A stretch of DNA of 63,639 bases, filler included, from Octopus bimaculoides (taxonomy: Eukaryota): NCBI RefSeq assembly GCF_001194135.2. It is 6 parts of 6 records of this genome, joined end to end, with 100 filler letters (N's around TTAATTAATTAA, not from the genome) between each part and the next. Parts side by side here need not be neighbours in the genome. Positions count along the whole stretch, not along the records: positions 44,236 to 57,249 come from NC_068989.1; positions 57,350 to 61,501 come from NW_026298415.1; 4 more parts are not named here. One strand, given 5' to 3'. The translations under genes were made by a program, and so were the position numbers. The notes beneath the pieces were generated by a model that was not told the origin of the DNA, did no database searches, and saw nothing but the letters and a program-made list of their open reading frames with translations. Shown piece after piece: positions 49,489 through 58,740 of this stretch (positions within the stretch are counted from its first letter, which is position 1; every line of letters starts with the position of its first letter).

Positions 49489-50418
49489 ATGGAAAAAAAC
49501 GAAAAGACACATATCAAAAATAAACCCAACTATAGAAATAAATTAGATAGAAGGAAAGAAAAATTCACTAGCCTTCCCAGTTATGATGGCAGGTTCTATA
49601 CCAGATATGGCCGTAATAGCAATAAGAACAATAAGGATACGATCTGGCTAATCATTCCCTACAACATGAACCTCAAATCCAACATAGCCCGTTCACTAAT
49701 GAACATAATAGATAAACACCCAAATGTAAACAATAAATGCGCAGGAATATTTAAGAACAAAATAAGAATAGGCCACAGCCTGACATGCAACTTAGCTACC
49801 ATAATATCATCTATTAATAATAAGAAATTAGACGCATTCTATACAGCTAGAAACACCACGAACAACCAAATCAACAACCCTCCAACTAATAGAACTAACT
49901 ACAATACTAATCCAATACCCCTTACTAGGAGGGACGCACACCAAAAAAACAATAGGGCCACACAACAACACACAGACATAGACACCCCTTACAACCTATG
50001 TGGCTGTAGAGATAGGAATAAATGTAATTTCTCCAATAGATGTAAGACCGAAAATATAGTTTACCAATGTGACGTACAAACAAAGAGCCACACTAGATCT
50101 TACGTTGGTGGGACGAAAAACCAAATACGGCTCAGATATAATGAGCACCTAGCTAGCTTTAAAAATAGAAATAAGGCAAATTCAACAGGACTTAGTAGGT
50201 ATATCTGGGAACTAAACGACAATAAGATAGAATATAAACTAAAGTGGCACATACTAAAAGTAGCTAATTCCTATAACCCAACTAACAGACGCTGTGAACT
50301 CTGTTTAACTGAATGCCTCGAAATCCTAACGGCTAAGAATGAACTATTAAACAGGAGATATGAATCTAGCCTAATCTGTCTTCACGCTAGTAAATATTCA
50401 TTCTCTAAGTATAATTAA
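49489..50418 (+). CDS. PLE-type GIY-YIG endonuclease ORF (309 aa) lacking a reverse transcriptase core
   Basis: IWLIIPY..NIARSLMNIIDKH (PLE post-RT linker), CGCRDRNKCNFSNRC, NIVY..YVGGT..R.RYNEH..SF, LSRYIWEL, CELCLTE, LLNRR..C. Confidence 0.85.
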   Translation: MEKNEKTHIKNKPNYRNKLDRRKEKFTSLPSYDGRFYTRYGRNSNKNNKDTIWLIIPYNMNLKSNIARSLMNIIDKHPNVNNKCAGIFKNKIRIGHSLTCNLATIISSINNKKLDAFYTARNTTNNQINNPPTNRTNYNTNPIPLTRRDAHQKNNRATQQHTDIDTPYNLCGCRDRNKCNFSNRCKTENIVYQCDVQTKSHTRSYVGGTKNQIRLRYNEHLASFKNRNKANSTGLSRYIWELNDNKIEYKLKWHILKVANSYNPTNRRCELCLTECLEILTAKNELLNRRYESSLICLHASKYSFSKYN

Positions 50419-50817
50419 ATATATAATACATTACACTTCCGAAGTATAACTAAATGTGTAAAAAAGAATTTTCATTTCTAAGTATAATTAATTATAATTA
50501 ATACGAATAAGACCAGAGTAAGCCCCCTTTTCACCTAAATTTAGGGTGGCTCCCCTTTACTAACACCGCCGGTGCTATAAATATACGACGCATTCCTAAA
50601 TCATAACATCACGTGGAAATGCACTTGATTAAAATCGTAATTATGAGCTTAAGTAGCACCCATCCTACATCCCCCTACAGGAAGACCAGCACGACTTCAA
50701 CTAAACCGCAAGGCTTTCTTTACCTAACGCTATTATTATACCACCATATACATTAATATATCCACTAATTGCTTTTCCTACATCTCTCACACCATGAACT
50801 CTTAATATACTCCTCAA

Positions 50818-50869
50818 CATTCTGAAGAGATCTGCCAAACCATTTGCCAGATTGAAACGTGCATAAATG
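50818..50869 (+). ncRNA. Type I hammerhead ribozyme, probably decayed, in the PLE 3' region
   Basis: CATT-CTGAAGA-GATCTG(cCAAAccaTTTGc)CAGATT-GAAAC-gtgc-ATA-AATG. Confidence 0.65.
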
Positions 50870-52000
50870 ACTAATTACATAACCTACACAATGACTCATT
50901 ACATAACCTCCACATAATAAAACAATGGCTAACTAGCCCAACAGAATTGCTTCTTCTTGTATTTGTTGCTCCATTTTCCACATAAATATAATTATAAACT
51001 ATGGTTTAAACAGTAAATTACCTGCCTCTGGATGCCCTCTAACCANNNNNNNNNNNNNNNNNNNNNNNNNNNNNNNNNNNNNNNNNNNNNNNNNNNNNNN
51101 NNNNNNNNNNNNNNNNNNNNNNNNNNNNNNNNNNNNNNNNNNNNNNNNNNNNNNNNNNNNNNNNNNNNNNNNNNNNNNNNNNNNNNNNNNNNNNNNNNNN
51201 NNNNNNNNNNNNNNNNNNNNNNNNNNNNNNNNNNNNNNNNNNNNNNNNNNNNNNNNNNNNNNNNNNNNNNNNNNNNNNNNNNNNNNNNNNNNNNNNNNNN
51301 NNNNNNNNNNNNNNNNNNNNNNNNNNNNNNNNNNNNNNNNNNNNNNNNNNNNNNNNNNNNNNNNNNNNNNNNNNNNNNNNNNNNNNNNNNNNNNNNNNNN
51401 NNNNNTATATATATATATATATATATATTAATATATATATATAAATATATATATATTAATATAATTAAAATAAGGGGTCAGCTAAGTGCCTCACCACGCA
51501 CTGAATTAGAAATAGAGGCTAATGTCTTTTGTACTACCATAAAATCTCTGAGACAATAACACACTTTCAATGTAGGCAAAAGAAAAATATAATTGTTCCG
51601 ATGATGCCATATAATTCTTCTGACGATGTCTATCAATTGCAACGATAATTGGCAAAGATAAATAGAAGGAACATAGAAAGAAAATATGAGGAAGAGAAAG
51701 GAAAAAAGGAAAAATATTCGTTAATTCAATAGTCTTACATTTTAGTGAAGTCCATAATTCGATATATCAGTTGGAGGATAGAAGAGAAGAGAGTTATGAA
51801 AAAACCATTGAATAAAAGGGTCTTATAATTAGTTAGTTTCATAAATCCACATGTCCATAGGTTCTGACATCTGGTGCTAGTTGCTAGTTGACCACCGGTG
51901 TAATCTGAGGGAGTTATCGCTATTGGGGATATCTGGTGTAGTTATTTGTAGTTTGTAAGTTAGTTCCCGTATTTCCAATGGAAGTCGTAGCGTGTGTGTG

Positions 52001-52061
<61 letters not shown>

Positions 52062-52134
52062 GAATGATATGTGAGCATATGCATATATACATACATATAT
52101 GTACATACCTACATATACATGGATATATAGATAT

Positions 52135-52400
52135 ATATCCGGGTACAGGACGTCAAAAAAACGTGAACAAAAAAGGAACAGGAACATAAACAAAGCACAA
52201 AAAACGAACTTTTTTACGGACAACAGAATGAACACATAGGAAAACAGACAAGCCACATATGGAACTTTTCCTTCATCAGGTGCATCTATTCCAAACTAGG
52301 TGTTTTGAAGATGAGGCAGAACGCGCTCTTAGAATAGCTCTTCCCGCGAAGCAATTAAGTGAAACCTGCTATGCGGAGGATTCCAAAGTAGCAAATAGAA
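52135..52400 (-). mobile_element. Short (TA)n-associated element with reversed-order hammerhead motifs
   Basis: Homologous to 38880-39090 and 61690-61890. Confidence 0.6.
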
Positions 52401-52434
52401 ACTGATACAGGGGAAAACAAACGTTGAGGAATGT

Positions 52435-52471
<37 letters not shown>

Positions 52472-52816
52472 CCACATAAATGCATGCACATACACACACA
52501 TACATGTACATCTCAGCATACATATCTATACATGCACACACGTTCATACGTGCACATACAAACATAAACACACATGCATACATATGTATGTGTATGTGGA
52601 TATACATGCATACAGACACATAGCGATACATAAAAAATATAGATATGTCTACATATATGTATGTATATACACCCATACACATATACATCTCAGCATGCCT
52701 ATATACACACACACGTTCATATCTATGTATATACACATACATACACACATACACACACACGCAGGCATGCATCCATACACTCTCACGTACTCATGTGTAT
52801 GTGCATCTGCTCATGC

Positions 52817-52850
<34 letters not shown>

Positions 52851-53039
52851 AACAGTCACAGAAGTCTGGTGCAGGCTCCTGCCTGGCCGGCTCTTGTGAA
52901 ACCGTCCCACCCATGCTAGCATGGAAGGTGGACATTAAACAATGATGATGATGATGATAATATATATGTATATATACACACATCTACATAAAGACACATA
53001 CATACACATGCACACTCACATGCATGTGCATATATTCAC

Positions 53040-53903
53040 ATGTCTATAGATGTATATGATGTGATGGACGTCCACTCGTGACCAAGGAAGACCATTGCCG
53101 ACCTTCAGGAACATTGTGCGCTGTAGGATTAACTTATATTTTGCATTTGCGGCTCCGTTGGTGGCTAATGAGCCCTGCTCTTGACAAGCATACACGACTG
53201 CAAACATTGCAGACCAAGCTTTCCCCATTCACTATACGAGCCGTGCGCTTTCGCACGGCTCACTTTCGCGCAGCTCGCTTAAGTTCTTCATGCTGGATAC
53301 GTGCTCTCTCAAAAGTGTCAATCCCCTCCTTAACCTGCTTCCTCCATCCGTGGCGATGACAGGCATTGTTCTCCCAGTCAGTGTCCTGCATATCACAGGC
53401 CTTTAATGAGGACTTGACACAGTCCTTAAAGCGCAGCCTTGGTTTCTGCCGGAGTCTCCTTCCATTCACAAGTTCTCCATATAGCATCTGCTTAGGAATC
53501 CTGCTATCCTTCATTCTAATAAGGTGTCCAGTCCAACGTAACCTGTGCTTGTGCACCATTGCCTCAATACTCAAGATATCAGCTGCCCTCAGGACCTGTG
53601 TGTCTGGAATTTTTGAGGTCCAGCCAACATTGAGAATGTGCTTGAGACATCTCTGATGAAAGCGCTCAAGGACCCTTACCTGACATTTGTACTGAGTCCA
53701 TGTCTCACATGAGTAGAGGAGCGATGTCAGTACACATGCACGGTACACAGCAACTTTTGTTGGCCTTGCTATGCCATGCTGGGACTAGACACGAGACTGA
53801 AGAGACCAGAAGGAATTAGTTGCTCACTGCAGCCTGAAAGATATTTCCTCATAGAGGGAGCAAGAACGGCTGAGTGTGCTGCCCAGGTAGACAAACTTGT
53901 CTA
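53040..53903 (-). mobile_element. RTE (BovB-type) LINE 3' part with a C2H2-like finger
   Basis: DKFVYLGSTLS..LLYSCETW..FHQRCL..RLRWTGHL.RM..LYGEL..CNVCSRVCLSRAGLISHQR; one frame with three premature stops, ending TAA at 53134-53136. Confidence 0.92.
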
Positions 53904-54271
53904 NNNNNNNNNNNNNNNNNNNNNNNNNNNNNNNNNNNNNNNNNNNNNNNNNNNNNNNNNNNNNNNNNNNNNNNNNNNNNNNNNNNNNNNNNNNNNNNNN
54001 NNNAATAAAATAAGGAATATAAAATACTAAAAAGAAAAATACACAGATATTCAGACAAATATAAAAATAAAAATAAAAGGAGTCAAATCGGTGGGGCGGG
54101 TAATCTAAGAAACAATAAGAGAAAATTTGGATAGTAAAGTAAGATACATCTAAGCCATTTAGACGGGTTGGATAAGGATGGTGAGGAAAAGTCTAAATGT
54201 AGAAGAAGATAAGTAGATATAGATACAGAGATCTTAAAGATATATATGAGCTGTGTCTATATATATATATA

Positions 54272-55400
54272 TCTTCCATATATATATAAAAGAGAGATTT
54301 TGTCTGTCTGTTTGTCCCACAAAGTGAAACTAAAGCCAGACACCATCTCTTTATGATTTTCTTTCTGTCTTCTCCCTTTATATTCTCTCTCCCTCTTTAT
54401 ATTCTCAGTCTGCCTGTCTGCCATGCTATTTCAAAGAGATTCTGTCTCTTTGCTTGTCCTGCAAAGTGAAACTAAATCCAGACACCATCTCTCTGTGATT
54501 TTCTTTCTTCTTTATCTGTCTATTTTCCCTCTCTTTCTTTCTCTCTCTCTTCCTTTCTTCCTTTCTCTCTCTTTATTTTCCCTTCCTTCTTTCTCTGTTT
54601 GTCCTTCATTCTTTCTTCCTCTCTCTCTTTCCCTCACTAAAAGAACACACACACACACATCTTTCCTAATCTTCTTCATAATTACAACAATACATATTAG
54701 ATGTGTGAGTGAGCTATCCTGGCTCCAAAAAATGTTGCAATACATATCATTAATAATATGCTATTGAATAAGCTTCCAGGAGAAATATTAATATAAGCTC
54801 AATTGACAGTGTTGTTGATGATCAGGATAGTGTTAACTACCACATCGAATTTTTGAACTCACTAGAATCACCAGGTACAGCTCCTCATTGTCTTCAGCTG
54901 AAAAAAGGGACCCCTATTATGCTACTGCGTAATTTGTCTTAACCAAAATTATGCAATGGTACAAGATTAATTGTGCACAAATTTACGAGGAACTGCATTG
55001 AGGCAAATATTCTCACTGGTTGTGGTAAAGGTGACACCATCTTCATTCCTTGCATACCAGTTATACCATCTAATGTCCCATCCCAATTTAAACGGTTACA
55101 GTTTCCTATCTGTGTTTCTTTTGCCACGAGCATTAATAAAAGTCAGGGCCAAGCACTAAAAGTTGCTGGTTTGCAACTTCAAGAACCATACTTCTCACAT
55201 GGCCAACTTTATGTAGAAGCATAACGTGTGGGAGCAAAAGCAAATCTTTTTGCTTATGCACCCCAACATAAAACAAAAAACATTGTTTATAATGAAATAT
55301 TCGCTCTTAATGCGACATGAATACTTCAATAACTTAATTTCCCATTACTATCATTACATTCAAGAATGACTAAATTACCTATTTCAATGAACTATATTGC
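54272..55400 (+). mobile_element. Non-autonomous Helitron with a PIF1-helicase C-terminal remnant
   Basis: A|TCTTCCATATATATATAAAA 5' end; [61 protein letters not shown]; 3' hairpin/CTRR end not found. Confidence 0.85.
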
Positions 55401-55440
55401 CATTACTGTATTGATCATGATCATTATCGTTGTTGTTGTT

Positions 55441-55817
55441 GGCACTCCCTCGCTTACGACATTGAGGGTTCCAGTTGATCCGATCAATGGAACAGCCTGC
55501 TTGTAAAATTAACGTTTAAGTGGCTGAGCACTCCATAGACATGTGTACCCTTAGCGTAGTTCTCGGGGATATTCAGCGTGACACAGTGCGACAAGGCTGA
55601 CCCTTTGAATTACAGGCACAACAGAAACAGGAAGTAACAGTGAGAGAAAGTTGTGGTGAAAGAGTACAGCAGGGTTCGCCACCATCCCCTACCGGAGCCT
55701 TGTGGAGCTTTAGGTGTTTTCGCTCAATAAACACTCACAACGCCCGGTCTGGGAATCGAAACTGCGATCCTATGACCACGAGTCCGCTGCCCTAACCACT
55801 GGGCCATTGCGCCTCCA
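55441..55817 (-). mobile_element. Full-length SINE family C (tRNA-derived head, (AAC)n tail)
   Basis: GGAGGCGCAATGGCCCAGTGGTTAGGGC (A-box)..GTTTCGATTCCC (B-box)..GAGTGCCAACAACAAC. Confidence 0.9.
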
Positions 55818-55819
55818 CC

Positions 55820-57010
55820 ATGATCATTATCATCCAGTATTTTAAATCCAGGTTTTGTCCCCATTAACATGAGTGGCTGGATCTACCTCAATGCCATAGC
55901 AACTGCCCTCACGCCATCTCGCCATTTTGCCAAGTTCTGGGCATCCTCCCTTCTCAACCCTCCCAATCTCCCCTCCACCTGTTCCCTCCACGTTTTCCTC
56001 AATCTGCCTCGCTTTCACAGTCCATTTACCTCAAACTCAAGCACCCTCCTTAGAACATTCTCATACCACCGCACTCCATTTGCCCTTGCCAGCCATTCCA
56101 CTGATTCCTTCAACCATAGCATCGCCATCAAGTCCTCAGTCCTCCTCTTATCAGACAGTTTCACTCCACACATTTCTCTCACCATTGCTCTCTTGGTCCT
56201 TCTCAAAATTGTCATCTCTCTCCCGCTCAGACGCCATGTCTCATTCCCATACAGCATTGCAGCTCTCATGCAACTTCTATAGCATCTTTCCTTCAACAGC
56301 ATCTTTCCTTCCTCATTTCTCTTCCCAATTCCCTTTCCCCTATGCACACCCTCAAAGCCCTGAATCTATTTCCTAACATGTCTATTAAAATCACCCATGC
56401 CCAAAATCAATTCATCTACCTTATATAAGTCCCACTCATTTTCCAATCCATCGAAGAACTTTCTCGGGGATTCCTCTTCCACTTTGTAGACATATCCACA
56501 AATCACCCTCACCACTTCTTCCTCAAATGCTAATACTACTGTCATCACCCTGTCACCCTTTTTCCTGACCTCCACCACCTTCTCACAGATTTCTTCCTTC
56601 ACCAAAACTCCCACACCTCCTGTCCTCTTGCTATTTCCCAATCACCACAACTTGTACCTTCTTTCTTTGACCTCCACAAATCTTGCATCCTGGCCCCTCC
56701 ACCTAGCTTCCTGCATACAGCACACATCCACCCTCTTCCTCAATTCCTCACACACCTCAGTTCCTCTTCCAACGCTGACTGCCCACATTCCAACTTCTCA
56801 ACCTTACCCCAAGCTTCTCCTCAGGCCATCGGCTATCACAAGGCAAGTCATGCTTGCACAACTCAGGATAAGGATTTGCACTTTCCTTTTTTAGGTAGGC
56901 AGGTACAGCCCAACCTTTGGGCTGGCTGGTGCCCATTCTCCTTTGCTATCATGAGGCTTTTTTTTGGAGCTGAATTTTCTCTGAGGAGCATGTCCCAGCT
57001 TACCCCCATG
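55820..57010 (-). mobile_element. Internally deleted RTE LINE (APE endonuclease N-terminal part fused to the post-RT tail)
   Basis: SWNVG..VDVCCMQEARW..GGVGVLV..GDFN..GIGKRNEEG directly joined to YRSCMRAAMLYGNETW..RWY. Confidence 0.85.
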
Positions 57011-57656
57011 TCTATTTAAAACAATGTCTTGTTTTAAATAGACATGACTGTAAGAAAAATTACACAATCGGAACACTATTCCTATGTAATTCTAACGTCT
57101 TTTTAGGTTTTTTCCCTTTCCTTAATTTTTGCTATTGACAAATATTTTTTGACAACCCAGATTCTTAAAATGAATTTATTGTCTTTCTGTACGAAACAAG
57201 CTATATGAATAAAAATAATTTCAATCCATATTAACATCCAATCTCCTCCNNNNNNNNNNNNNNNNNNNNNNNNNNNNNNNNNNNNNNNNNNNNTTAATTA
57301 ATTAANNNNNNNNNNNNNNNNNNNNNNNNNNNNNNNNNNNNNNNNNNNNATAATACTGGTTGGCTTTATAACAAAATGGTGCTACAAAAACGAATGTCAC
57401 TTTCTTCAAAGCAAAAACAATATCAGTAACAGCTTACGAGCTCCAAAACAATGTCTTGCTCTTGCATTCAAATTTTGGCGCGAGGTCAGCAATTTTAGGG
57501 GTTAAGGTATTTTATTTTATTTTATCCGCACAAAAGGATGTATGGCAAAGTTGACTTCGGCAGAATTTGAGCTCTAACGATTCTGTAAGTTTACTCTCTT
57601 AATAATAATAATGATAATAATAATAATAATGATAATAATAATAATANNNNNNNNNN

Positions 57657-57696
<40 letters not shown>

Positions 57697-58740
57697 TTTT
57701 TCCTTCTTGGCCACCAGGACCAACTACAAAACATAGAGGACGATACACAGACGAGGGACAGTGAGGTTAAACGTNNNNNNNNNNNNNNNNNNNNNNNNNN
57801 NNNNNNNNNNNNNNNNNNNNNNNNNNNNNNNNNNNNNNNNNNNNNNNNNNNNNNNNNNNNNNNNNNNNNNNNNNNNNNNNNNNNNNNNNNNNNNNNNNNN
57901 NNNNNNNNNNNNNNNNNNNNNNNNNNNNNNNNNNNNNNNNNNNNNNNNNNNNNNNNNNNNNNNNNNNNNNNNNNNNNNNNNNNNNNNNNNNNNNNNNNNN
58001 NNNNNNNNNNNNNNNNNNNNNNNNNNNNNNNNNNNNNNNNNNNNNNNNNNNACTTCCCTCTCCGGTCTCACTTTCCTTTTCAGGTGGAACCTGAAAAAGT
58101 TAATAAGGCCTTGGCCAAAGAGGAAGATACTCGTCTTCAACCTTTTCAATCACGTCCACTACACAACCTCTTTTGNNNNNNNNNNNNNNNNNNNNNNNNN
58201 NNNNNNNNNNNNNNNNNNNNNNNNNNNNNNNNNNNNNNNNNNNNNNNNNNNNNNNNNNNNNNNNNNNNNNNNNNNNNNNNNNNNNNNNNNNNNNNNNNNN
58301 NNNNNNNNNNNNNNNNNNNNNNNNNNNNNNNNNNNNNNNNNNNNNNNNNNNNNNNNNNNNNNNNNNNNNNNNNNNNNNNNNNNNNNNNNNNNNNNNNNNN
58401 NNNNNNNNNNNNNNNNNNNNNNNNNNNNNNNNNNNNNNNNNNNNNNNNNNNNNNNNNNNNNNNNNNNNTAGCCTTTCCTTCCTGGGCAAAGGAAGAAGGC
58501 GGGGCATTCTTCACGATGGACTCGGACGATAGCCGGATCCGTCCTACACCTGACAAAGTTCCACAAGTCAGCAATGTGCGGACACTGTACGAAAGCGTGC
58601 AGAACGGTTTCACCGCTCCACGTGCATCTCAGACAAGCCCGACTGACTGCACACCTGTGCCTGTAGAGCTTATCTCGAACCAGCAGTACCCCTCGGTAGC
58701 ATTGCCAGGCCAGGGATTTCTGGAAGTTAACTATAGTTCC
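57697..58740 (-). mobile_element. 5'-truncated Tx1/L1-clade LINE inside (TAA)n
   Basis: zf-RVT-like LAWQCYRG.L.VRDKL.RH..CLRC..ETVLHAFVQCP..LW, then KEVV.WT.LK..LINFFRFHLKRKVR; (TAA)n at 57600-57696 and 58741-58752; two internal gaps. Confidence 0.8.

Noticed and set aside
55740-55817. tRNA gene-like A/B boxes (also in SINE A and B heads)
   Set aside because: No complete cloverleaf; they continue into SINE bodies
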